Source of the DNA: a virus
Taxonomy: Duplodnaviria > Caudoviricetes
Virus record (IMG/VR): IMGVR_UViG_3300044710_000053
Span: 1,769 to 65,768 of that record
DNA: 64,000 bases
Reading direction: 5' to 3' (one strand)
Shown: one piece after another, positions 27,516 to 35,177 of the stretch
How the letters are laid out: each line of letters starts with the position of its first letter
Numbering within the stretch: the stretch's first letter is position 1
Notes under the pieces: generated by a model
Database searches by the model: none
Told to the model about the DNA's origin: nothing
Seen by the model: the letters and a program-made list of their open reading frames with translations, nothing else
Position numbers and translations under genes: made by a program

Positions 27516-27755
27516 TCAAAAGGGAACGCCAGAATCGCCCGAGAGGTCCACAGTCTCTAAGATTTCCAGTAGTCGCTGCCGGCACATCCCCGGTCCAATC
27601 GGTCGCGCAGCAAGTTGCTTCGCGTAAATCTCTCGCTCGAAAGGATGTAATTCGGAAGCCAGCAAGCTGAGTACCATTGGCCCAAGCGAATCGAGTTCCG
27701 GCCCAAGTTCTCGTTCGCGTTCGATCGCCTTCACTCTGTCGAGTTGCCAGCCCAT
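27516..27755 (-). CDS. Hypothetical protein
   Basis: MGWQLDRV...; TAATG overlap; ends GVPF. Confidence 0.55.
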   Translation of the reverse strand: MGWQLDRVKAIERERELGPELDSLGPMVLSLLASELHPFEREIYAKQLAARPIGPGMCRQRLLEILETVDLSGDSGVPF

Positions 27756-28558
27756 TAGCAGTTCACTCGTTTTACAGGTCGCCGATGACTCGGCCAGTTG
27801 CAAACGATTTTCAACGCGCCGTCGCACATGCGGTCCCACGTAGCCGAGCCCATCCGTTCTTTGGCTTCTTGGTCGCTGGCCACATTCACAGTCACAATCG
27901 TCGGAAGGCAGCCGGCTGACCTATCATCCAAGAGCCGGTAGAGCATCGTGGCCTGAAATGGAGTCAGCGGCCCAAACGGCGGGAGCGGGTCCGACACGAC
28001 CAGAACAGTCGGCCGTGCCTTCGCTCCGATTTGCGTCTCTTCACTCAGGCCGCGTTCCTTCCCGATTTCGTCGCGCACCGAGCCAAACCAATCCTGGCAG
28101 TTCATCCATTCGACTCGCGTTCCGTGCTGCCGCAAGAGCGCCCGCAGAATCGAAAAAGCCAGATGATCCTTGCCTGTCCCGCATGGGCCGCAGAATAGAA
28201 CCCCGCTAGACTCTGGCGTGAATGAGTCGATGTATTCCCGAACCGCGGCGACGGCATTCTGTTGTCCCGGCAACGGAGCGTCGAAGGTTTCCAGGGAGTA
28301 ATCCTCGAATCGTTTTCCAGCGGATGTAATCAGCTTGCCCCAAATGACTGACTTGGCAGCGGCAATCTTGGATCGCTCGGCTTCCGCGTGCCTTTGGGCG
28401 CGGGCGGCGTCTGCCGCCTGCTCCTCCGGAGTAGGCGATTCCAGCCGCCTGCTCATTTCCGCCAGCCGCTCTCGGAACGGGTCATTCGGAGAAGTCGAGC
28501 TTTGCGGTGGGGTCGTAGGATTGGCCTGGTCCCTGTCGGTGTCCTGCTGGTTTTCCAT
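27755..28558 (-). CDS. DnaC/IstB-like AAA+ helicase loader
   Basis: GGAGG SD; RFEDYSLETF, GPCGTGKDHLA (Walker A), LVVSD (variant Walker B), LYRLLDDR..LPTIVTVN, WDRM. Confidence 0.85.
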   Translation of the reverse strand: MENQQDTDRDQANPTTPPQSSTSPNDPFRERLAEMSRRLESPTPEEQAADAARAQRHAEAERSKIAAAKSVIWGKLITSAGKRFEDYSLETFDAPLPGQQNAVAAVREYIDSFTPESSGVLFCGPCGTGKDHLAFSILRALLRQHGTRVEWMNCQDWFGSVRDEIGKERGLSEETQIGAKARPTVLVVSDPLPPFGPLTPFQATMLYRLLDDRSAGCLPTIVTVNVASDQEAKERMGSATWDRMCDGALKIVCNWPSHRRPVKRVNC

Positions 28559-29270
28559 TTGAACCTCCTTTATCGTTTTGGGCTCGATCCATCCACCGGA
28601 ACAAAAAACTCATCATGCCGCGGGCCGTCTTGCGTTTGCCAGGGTTCGCCTCTGTCCAGGCCAACGCCTTGCGGCATTGCGCGAGAACGTCGAGCGCCGG
28701 GAAGCCTCCGGCGAGCTTGTCGATGTGCTCTTGGCGAAGCTCCCATGTCGGAGCTGGTCCGGCTGTCGCAAAGGTCAGGATCGGCGGCTTCGAGTCCGCG
28801 GCAAGCGGCTCGGAGCTACCTTCCAATCCCTTCCCTACGCTACGCTTCTCTACGCTTGGAAACCCTACGCTAGTAGTCGCGTCTGGGGTCGTATTCTTGA
28901 AACTCTTATCCATAGTCTTAGTCTTAGTCTTAGTCTTTGACGTAAACACTTCAACCTTATCGCGTAACAGCTTTGCCTTGCACCACGATGGCATGTGCTC
29001 CGACCAGTCGTGAATAATCAACCTCGCAGCTTTGTGTTCGTCCAAAAAGCCCGCCAAGACTAGGTGTGACACAAAAAACTTGGGATCGAGCGCCCAGCAG
29101 CACGCCTTTGCGATGGTTCCGTCGCTGTGCCGCCCTATGTCCCCTCGTGGCGAATAGCGCGATGTGAACCGCCAAAGAAGCTCAAGGGTTCCCAACGTGG
29201 CCGGAAGGTCCAGATTCAGCCGGCTCATCAAGTCGAGCGTCTTAGGGTGCTCTGGGCAGTCGATTTTCAC
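28482..29270 (-). CDS. Phage replication initiator protein
   Basis: N-terminal HPK...LGTLELLW...GDI..., IIHDWSEH; low-complexity KTKTKTKT linker; C-terminal FLFRWMDRAQN; directly upstream of the DnaC-like gene. Confidence 0.75.
   Translation of the reverse strand: MKIDCPEHPKTLDLMSRLNLDLPATLGTLELLWRFTSRYSPRGDIGRHSDGTIAKACCWALDPKFFVSHLVLAGFLDEHKAARLIIHDWSEHMPSWCKAKLLRDKVEVFTSKTKTKTKTMDKSFKNTTPDATTSVGFPSVEKRSVGKGLEGSSEPLAADSKPPILTFATAGPAPTWELRQEHIDKLAGGFPALDVLAQCRKALAWTEANPGKRKTARGMMSFLFRWMDRAQNDKGGSNGKPAGHRQGPGQSYDPTAKLDFSE
28835..28936. repeat. Short repeats inside the initiator gene (candidate origin iterons)
   Basis: Four TACGCT copies (28836-28871) and (TAGTCT)4 at 28913-28936. Confidence 0.5.
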
Positions 29271-29338
29271 GCCCGCGGACTCCGAGCCGGCCCGTCCCTG
29301 CGGCTCCGTACTGCCGCACGTCCTTGGGCCAACCGTCT

Positions 29339-29469
29339 AAAAAGCACCGCACACCCGGCTTAGCGAATGATCGGTCAGAACCAGAGCGCTAAACCGGGGG
29401 CGGCGTGGATTGCATGGGAAGTTCTGACCGAACGTGGCTGAATCTACAAAAGCCCACGGCGCGAGTCAA
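29339..29469 (-). ncRNA. Promoter plus ~95-nt structured RNA, unit B
   Basis: TTGACT-17-TAGATT; stem TCGGTCAGAAC/GTTCTGACCGA; blocks GCAATCCACGCCGCCCC and GGTGTGCGGTGCTTTTT shared with unit A. Confidence 0.65.
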
Positions 29470-29529
29470 GAGAAGTTCGGCCATCGTCGGATTCCTTCTC
29501 CGGCCTCGTCGCCGGGCATCCGTGGATCG

Positions 29530-29658
29530 AAAAAGCACCGCACACCGCCGGCTACAAATATCCGTGAGGGGGAGAGTGCAGTCGGCGGGGCGGCGTGGAT
29601 TGCTGGTAATTCCCTCACGGAACGCGGTTACTCTAGCGACTGGCTCAAGAGATTGCAA
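29530..29658 (-). ncRNA. Promoter plus ~95-nt structured RNA, unit A
   Basis: TTGCAA-17-TAGAGT; stem TCCGTGAGGG/CCCTCACGGA; same two conserved blocks as unit B, 189 bp apart. Confidence 0.65.
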
Positions 29659-29661
29659 GAG

Positions 29662-29893
29662 AAAAAATGGCCGTCTCTCCGACCTGTCGCGTCGTTCCGG
29701 CTAAGCTGACGTTGCCGCATAGTTCCCCGGACGGAATCTCGCGCTAGTGCCTGCGGTCGCGCGAGCGCTGACAAGAGCTTCGGATTTCTCCTACACGGTC
29801 TCGCAGGGCCAGTTATTTTGTTGCCGGTCTTTCCCGGCTGCCAGCGGATAGGATTCGCCTTGCGGCTACTTAGAGGCCAAGCCTCCTAATCCT
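29662..29893 (-). ncRNA. Candidate structured RNA with three-way junction, possible pseudoknot and two GA(A/G)AGA-loop hairpins
   Basis: No credible ORF; stems read directly from the sequence (see findings). Confidence 0.45.
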
Positions 29894-30163
29894 CGATGTT
29901 TCGCACCGCCTCGAACACTACTCAAGTAGAGGTTCATGGGCTATCAGCGGCTCCCGTAGTAGCATTGGCCGTCATCTTCCTCTTGCGGCTCATCGACTCC
30001 CTCTCCCCAATCATCGGCCCAGTGCGTTTGGCACTGGGCGCACCCGCAGTCGTCTTGGCCGTCAACATGGTCACATTCCGGGCATTGCTTGGGTAATTAT
30101 ATACTTGCCTCATCACGCCACTAAACTATTTTGGAATTCTTGCCTGATTTGCGGGCTAGGTAC

Positions 30164-30191
30164 TTGACTCATCCGGCGAAGGGTGTAAAAT
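30164..30191 (+). promoter_or_regulatory. IS-internal sigma70-type promoter overlapping a subterminal IR-like repeat
   Basis: TTGACT-16-TAAAAT; TACTTGACTCATC resembles the IR segment TACTTGCCTCATC. Confidence 0.6.
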
Positions 30192-30235
30192 AGTGGTAGA
30201 CGCGGGGCAATCACGAACGCGAAAGGACGTGGGCC

Positions 30236-30583
30236 ATGATGCAGGAAACTCAATCTGTCACGATGCTTGGTAAGTTCAGTCATCTGCCGCCATTTAGCAA
30301 AGACGGCAAGTTGCAGTTGTGCAGCGATTGCGGACACTATGTTCGGCGCACGATCAATGTCTGTCCGTTTTGTCATCCGCGAACCTGCCCCGCAATCTTC
30401 GAGTTGTGCGATGGCGAAGCCATTGGAATCGTGCGCGTCTATTGCTCTCAAGAGTGTCGAGAGAAGGACGACAAGGTGTACCGCGAGGATGTTTCTTCGC
30501 CAACCGACGTGCAACTTTGTCACGGCGAAAGCCCTATTCCAGCCCAAGCCCATTGCTGGAATTGCGACAAACCACTCGACTAA
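30236..30583 (+). CDS. IS passenger, multi-Cys zinc-binding protein
   Basis: AAGGA SD; CSDC, CPFC, CSQEC, CWNC. Confidence 0.6.
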   Translation: MMQETQSVTMLGKFSHLPPFSKDGKLQLCSDCGHYVRRTINVCPFCHPRTCPAIFELCDGEAIGIVRVYCSQECREKDDKVYREDVSSPTDVQLCHGESPIPAQAHCWNCDKPLD

Positions 30584-30589
30584 GAAGCA

Positions 30590-30886
30590 ATGACCATGAA
30601 CGCCATCACGAAACAGCGCCGAGCAGTAATTGCGAAGATTCTTGCCGAGAATCCGCTGTTTCCACCCGTTGCACTTCGGAGGCCCAAGCATCTCATCGGG
30701 GTAGACGGTAAGAACCACGGATTTTTCGTTGTGAACAACCCGAAGATGATTCTTGATCGAAAAGCCTACCGGCAAATTGTGGCGGAGGCGGTCGAATTGA
30801 AACTCGACCGCAGACTGTTCATCTTCGGGCGCATCGCTACATACATCGGACCAGGCATTGAATTTATGCAGTTGGGAGCCGGATAG
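30590..30886 (+). CDS. IS passenger, hypothetical protein
   Basis: 98 aa between the first passenger and the transposase. Confidence 0.65.
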   Translation: MTMNAITKQRRAVIAKILAENPLFPPVALRRPKHLIGVDGKNHGFFVVNNPKMILDRKAYRQIVAEAVELKLDRRLFIFGRIATYIGPGIEFMQLGAG

Positions 30887-30889
30887 AAC

Positions 30890-31846
30890 ATGACAAACGA
30901 CACCCCCGAAACCCTGTTGGAAGCCGTCAAGTATTTCTCCGATCCAAAGGTATGCTTCACCCACATGCTGGCCGTGAAGTGGCCCGATGGGAAAGTCTGC
31001 TGCCCAAAGTGCGGCAGCCAGTCGGTCGGCATCATCGCCAGTCGGTCGATGCTGCAATGCAAGGTGAAAACCTGCCGCAAGCAATTCAGCGTGAAGGTGG
31101 ACACGATTTTTGAAGATAGCCCGCTGGGGCTGGACAAGTGGTTTGTGGCCGTCTGGTGCATCGCCAACGCCAAGAATGGAATTAGCTCTTGCGAGTTGGC
31201 TCGCGCGATTGGCGTGACTCAGAAAACGGCGTGGTTTCTGTTGCACCGCGTTCGGCTGGCGATGGCGACGCGCTCGTTCCACAAGTTGGACGGGGAGGTT
31301 GAAGTCGATGAGACTTTCATCGGCGGCAAATCGGCCAACATGCACAAGAGCAAACGCGAGCGGCTGATTACCGGGCGCGGCACCGTCGGGAAGGCAATCG
31401 TCCAGGGGCTCTTGCAACGCGGCGGAGAGGCTCGCATGGAGGTTGTCGGCAGCACGGACGACATTACGCTGCAAAGCACCGTGCGGGCCAACGTCGAACC
31501 CGGTGCGAACGTCTACACGGATGCTCTGCCGTCCTACGCTGGCCTGTGTCTGAGCTACTTCCATGCGTTCGTTGACCACCTGACAAAGTACGTCGAGGGG
31601 CGCGTTCACACGAACGGCTTGGAGAACTTTTTTGGCCTGTTCAAGAGGTGCCTCAAGGGAACCTACGTGTCGATGGCACCTTACCACCTGCGCCGCTACT
31701 TGGACGAGCAAACCTACCGCTTCAACAATCGCGGTACGACCGACCGCAGCCGCTTCCTGGGCGTTCTCTCGGCGGTTGTCGGACGCCGAATCACCTACCG
31801 CGTTCTGACTGCCCAGAACGATGCGGGCTTTATGGGGATCAAGTGA
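30890..31846 (+). CDS. IS1595-family transposase
   Basis: Zn ribbon KWPDG..CPKCGS..C...CRKQFSV; KNGISS.ELAR..GVTQKTAWF; VEVDET, VYTD, HTNGLENF; YLDE..YRFNNR. Confidence 0.97.
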   Translation: MTNDTPETLLEAVKYFSDPKVCFTHMLAVKWPDGKVCCPKCGSQSVGIIASRSMLQCKVKTCRKQFSVKVDTIFEDSPLGLDKWFVAVWCIANAKNGISSCELARAIGVTQKTAWFLLHRVRLAMATRSFHKLDGEVEVDETFIGGKSANMHKSKRERLITGRGTVGKAIVQGLLQRGGEARMEVVGSTDDITLQSTVRANVEPGANVYTDALPSYAGLCLSYFHAFVDHLTKYVEGRVHTNGLENFFGLFKRCLKGTYVSMAPYHLRRYLDEQTYRFNNRGTTDRSRFLGVLSAVVGRRITYRVLTAQNDAGFMGIK

Positions 31847-31847
31847 G

Positions 31848-32153
31848 ATGGAAATTGATGGGCTTCGAAAAGCATACAACCAACGAGATGACGTGGCTTT
31901 CGAGAAGTTAGTCGCGGAAATAGTGGAGTTGAGTGTGCAGCATGACAAAGTGCGTGATGAAAACTGGAAACTATTCGACAGCCTCACATTTGCATTGGGG
32001 GAAGTCCAAGAACTTGTGGACACGATTGGCTCATTCTCCTGCCGCTTCTGCAAAAGTAACTTCACGCGGAGCTTGAAAGATAAGATTCGGCACAAGGCAG
32101 ATTGCCCATATCGCCGGGCTAAGGAACTGCTCAAAAAGAAAATCAAGGAATGA
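31848..32153 (+). CDS. IS passenger, hypothetical protein
   Basis: MEIDGLRK...; CRFC...H...C motif; lower GC. Confidence 0.6.
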   Translation: MEIDGLRKAYNQRDDVAFEKLVAEIVELSVQHDKVRDENWKLFDSLTFALGEVQELVDTIGSFSCRFCKSNFTRSLKDKIRHKADCPYRRAKELLKKKIKE

Positions 32154-32163
32154 GGGCCGGTCA

Positions 32164-32295
32164 ATGACCACGAAGCACGAACGGATTGGCGAGTTTCGCA
32201 AGCTGCTGGGCAAGCTGGTGCGCGTGCCGAAAGCGGAAGTCGCCCGCGAGCAAGAGCGGATCGACCGAAAACGGGCAGGCAAGCGCAAAAAGTAG
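32164..32295 (+). CDS. 43-aa basic ORF at the IS right end (not in ORF track)
   Basis: MTTKHERIGEFRKLLGKLVRVPKAEVAREQ...RKK; GAGG SD. Confidence 0.6.
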   Translation: MTTKHERIGEFRKLLGKLVRVPKAEVAREQERIDRKRAGKRKK

Positions 32296-32374
32296 GCGTC
32301 ACGGGGTTTGATGAGTGAAGTATATAATTACCATTGCTTGCCCTCTTCCATTTCCGAAAAACAGTTTGGGCAAT

Positions 32375-32755
32375 TCATGGTCCGCACCTCACGCGCCCAC
32401 ACGTCGGGCATTTGCCATCGTCCCTGGGAGCCGGAAACGGCGGCGGTTCCATCGCGCCACCCATCAAGGGCATCCACCACTGCGGCCTCCATGCCAATAC
32501 CCTTCCGCAATCGGGGCCGGTCTGGCTCAGCCAAACACTTCCGGTCCACAGTGCTGCGCCACCGGCAACAATCACAATACGATGCGGCTCGGGCATCTTG
32601 TCGGACGTTCGGATCGCTTCGATCAGAAGTGGTTCGGTTCCAATAGTCCGTCTTGGCAACGGTGGCTTTGGGCATGGACCGCTATAGCCGTGAAACTTGA
32701 ACATCTCTTCGCCATCGGGCATCGGCTCGCCGCAGAGTTCGCAAGTCGCTGTCAT
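32375..32755 (-). CDS. Phage hypothetical protein
   Basis: CELCGEPMPDGEEMFKFHGYSGPCPKPPL N-terminal module. Confidence 0.65.
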   Translation of the reverse strand: MTATCELCGEPMPDGEEMFKFHGYSGPCPKPPLPRRTIGTEPLLIEAIRTSDKMPEPHRIVIVAGGAALWTGSVWLSQTGPDCGRVLAWRPQWWMPLMGGAMEPPPFPAPRDDGKCPTCGRVRCGP

Positions 32756-32997
32756 TCGTAATCCTTCAGGTAGGCATCTTCTCTGGGATTGAATCGCTGG
32801 CGCCTCACCAGCGCCATCAATTCATCCCAGAAAGCGTTGTCGGCCTTCGTCGTCGCGGTCAAGATGAGAGTCCATTGAAATCCTTTCGGAAAAAGCACCG
32901 CCGCCGTTGCGACTAATCCGGAAAGGAAAGAGCGCAAGCGGCAGGCGGGCTGTAATCCAGTGAGTAGTCCTTTCCGGGAACGCGAGCCATTAAAACC

Positions 32998-33198
32998 TCA
33001 GTCGCTCGGCTTTGCAATAGCAGTTCCGGAATTTTCTTGTACGGCCGAGATACGCCGTCGAATTTGCCTCGCCACCAACTCCAACAGCGCTAGTAGGTCG
33101 GCCGCATCTTCGGCATCGAGACCACCGGGATAGCTCACCGTCGCTATGCCGCCTCCGACAAAATTCCATGAATATTCGCGTTGCCGTGCTTCGCTCAT
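32998..33198 (-). CDS. Hypothetical protein
   Basis: MSEARQREY... with GGAG SD. Confidence 0.5.
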   Translation of the reverse strand: MSEARQREYSWNFVGGGIATVSYPGGLDAEDAADLLALLELVARQIRRRISAVQENSGTAIAKPSD

Positions 33199-33199
33199 G

Positions 33200-33571
33200 C
33201 TAAGTCGCTCCGATCTTCGCCGCACTCTCGACCACAGCGCCGCTCTGGCTGGGCAATTCTACCTGCGCACGTAGGGCGATGATCTTGGCACGCCAGAGGG
33301 CGGTAAGTTGCCTTGGGCGCAAACCATAAAACCACGGTTCTTGAGGCACGCAGCAAAATCCATGCTCCCAACGCCACTGCCTTGACATTTCTGGATTGGC
33401 GGCGCAGAAGTCGCAATAGTCCCCAAACCGTTGACCGAGTATACAGTCACAACTTGATGCCAAATCTAGCGTCTCTAGCCGCATCATCTCGACCCATCCC
33501 GGATAGTTCGCATCGAGCCACGCGGCTCCCAGATTGACTGCTTCTGACAGAAATTTCTCAAACTCGCTCAT
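33200..33571 (-). CDS. Phage hypothetical protein
   Basis: GAAWLD...PGW...LDLAS...CILGQ.FGDY pattern. Confidence 0.7.
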   Translation of the reverse strand: MSEFEKFLSEAVNLGAAWLDANYPGWVEMMRLETLDLASSCDCILGQRFGDYCDFCAANPEMSRQWRWEHGFCCVPQEPWFYGLRPRQLTALWRAKIIALRAQVELPSQSGAVVESAAKIGAT

Positions 33572-34350
33572 TGGTTTTCCTTTCTGCGGTTTGTTTCCTT
33601 GCCCACTGCAATCATTCGCTCGACCAACTTGACGGCAGATTGCTGTATCTTTTCCGTTGTCGGTTTAATGGCATCCCAAGCGGCAGCCCTAGCGGCATCC
33701 CTAGCGGCATCCCTAGCGGCAGCCCTAGCGGCATCCCAAGCGGCAGCCCAAGCGGCAGCCCTAGCGGCATCCCTAGCGGCAGCCCAAGCGGCAGCCCTAG
33801 CGGCATCCCAAGCGGCAGCCCAAGCGGCAGCCCTAGCGGCATCCCAAGCGGCAGCCCAAGCGGCATCCCAAGCGGCAGCCCTAGCGGCAGAAATTTTTTC
33901 TAGCGCCGCATCTAGGTCGGCCCACTGTTGGATCGGCTTGAGCGATTCGAGCGCCTCGGCGTGAGGCACAAGCGCCGGAGTCAGTCGCAGAAAAGCCGGC
34001 GTCCATTCGCGCACGAGCCAATCTACGCACAGCATGACGCGAGCCAATTCGACGGCCTTAGTCGAGCGCGTGCCGACGATCTTCTTGACCAGCGGCTTGA
34101 GCAGCCGCGTCCGCGATTCGTCATCCGGTAGATCATCATTCCAGCGAATCAAGAACGCCGTGATGATTGGGCACGCGCAAGCTGGATGATCGCTGTGCGG
34201 CTCGCCGGCGACGTAGGCGACCGCCTCCATCACGCACTTGCCGTTGTCTGGCGCGTGCTTGCCGTGGCCGATCTTGAATCCGCGCGGAAGAGGCTTGAGC
34301 TTCACTGCTGGCATTGGTTTTCCTTTCCTAGTAGTAGTGGTTGCGTCCAT
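33568..34350 (-). CDS. Phage protein with AA(W/R)(D/A) tetrapeptide repeats
   Basis: CVMEAVAYVAGEPHSDHPAC...WND N-domain plus Ala-rich repeat tract; start may be the internal MPAVK. Confidence 0.8.
   Translation of the reverse strand: MDATTTTRKGKPMPAVKLKPLPRGFKIGHGKHAPDNGKCVMEAVAYVAGEPHSDHPACACPIITAFLIRWNDDLPDDESRTRLLKPLVKKIVGTRSTKAVELARVMLCVDWLVREWTPAFLRLTPALVPHAEALESLKPIQQWADLDAALEKISAARAAAWDAAWAAAWDAARAAAWAAAWDAARAAAWAAARDAARAAAWAAAWDAARAAARDAARDAARAAAWDAIKPTTEKIQQSAVKLVERMIAVGKETNRRKENQ
33670..33889. repeat. 12-bp tandem repeat, about 18 units, coding
   Basis: GCGGCA(G/T)CCC(T/A)A repeated in tandem. Confidence 0.95.
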
Positions 34351-34480
34351 CTTAGCGCCCGGCCCCGCTCATCGACAATCGCCGCTCGGCGTCCGCGGCG
34401 AATCAAATCTCGGTAGAACTTGAGCGCTTCCGAGAACGTCGCGGCGGGATAGGTGCCGGCGGTGGTGCGGATGCAATAGG

Positions 34481-34843
34481 TCACAAGCTTCCTGCCGCCT
34501 TGCGTCTGCGGACCTCGCTGATGCTGACGCCTAGACTTGTAGCCAATTGCCGAACTGTCGGACCTCTCTCTGGCTGATTCGCGCTATCGGGATGCACCGT
34601 GCGACTCTTGATCTGCGATGAATGGTACTGACGAAACGCAGCGCATTTACCGCCGCTATAGGCTTCGCAGCCGTTGCAAATGTTGCCGCCCGTTTCGTGC
34701 TGTAGCGCATTGAACAGCAGCGAGAATCTTCCCGCAGAGAGCAAAACGTCGGACTCAACATCCGCGCCGGTTTGTATACATCCAGCGCGGTGAAGCTCGA
34801 CGAAAGAGCCTGTTAGTCGTCCGGTAGGCACTGAATCTCTCAC
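34481..34843 (-). CDS. Hypothetical protein with C-terminal HTH
   Basis: AGGAG SD; TVRQLATSLGVSISEVRRRK. Confidence 0.6.
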   Translation of the reverse strand: MRDSVPTGRLTGSFVELHRAGCIQTGADVESDVLLSAGRFSLLFNALQHETGGNICNGCEAYSGGKCAAFRQYHSSQIKSRTVHPDSANQPERGPTVRQLATSLGVSISEVRRRKAAGSL

Positions 34844-34930
34844 GGATTTTTGCTCCTGTTCTCAAAAAGCGCCGACCGTACAGAGATAAACGGCCGGCGC
34901 GGTTCTCTGGCGACAAGCCAGAAATCGTGG

Positions 34931-35176
34931 TCAGCGTTCAAGCGTTTCTTCCCAGTTCGGCACCAATTGCGCATGGTCAACGAAGTCGATTTCCTCCCAC
35001 TTGAGGCGAATCCAAGCCTGCGCCGCTTCTTCGTGAGTCTCGACATGCTGCACGAATCCTTGGATGCCCCACGATCTGATTTCGCTCGCCAGCACGAATG
35101 CGCCAATCCAGCCAGCGCGGCCGTGCTTCTCATTGATCTGGAAAACATCGCCCGGTTTGTATTGATGCTCGCTCAT
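34931..35176 (-). CDS. Phage hypothetical protein
   Basis: PGDVFQI...WGIQGFV...AWIRLKWEEIDFV. Confidence 0.7.
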   Translation of the reverse strand: MSEHQYKPGDVFQINEKHGRAGWIGAFVLASEIRSWGIQGFVQHVETHEEAAQAWIRLKWEEIDFVDHAQLVPNWEETLER

Positions 35177-35177
35177 T

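Larger units (their letters stand above)
30092..32332 (+). mobile_element. Complete IS1595-family element with passenger genes
   Basis: 24-bp terminal IRs GGTAATTATATACTT(GC/CA)CTCATCA (22/24); 8-bp TSD ATTGCTTG at 30084-30091 and 32333-32340. Confidence 0.95.
29944..32378 (-). pseudogene. 61-aa Cys-rich gene interrupted by IS1595
   Basis: Removing the IS and one TSD copy restores MNCPNCFSEMEEGKQ|CPECDHVDGQDDCGCAQC...CYYGSR; its ATG overlaps the upstream stop. Confidence 0.8.

Noticed and set aside
29339-29658. Mini-CRISPR reading of the duplicated blocks
   Set aside because: Only two units, each with its own promoter; the variable parts are self-complementary rather than spacer-like
29850-29893. 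Hammerhead ribozyme
   Set aside because: Three-way junction present, but the core reads CTAAGTA...GAAT rather than CTGANGA...GAAA
30113-32302. 729-aa minus-strand ORF
   Set aside because: Antisense shadow of the transposase and passengers; no protein-like motifs
33670-33889. Possible CRISPR array
   Set aside because: Contiguous 12-bp units with no spacers, in frame within a CDS; no cas genes
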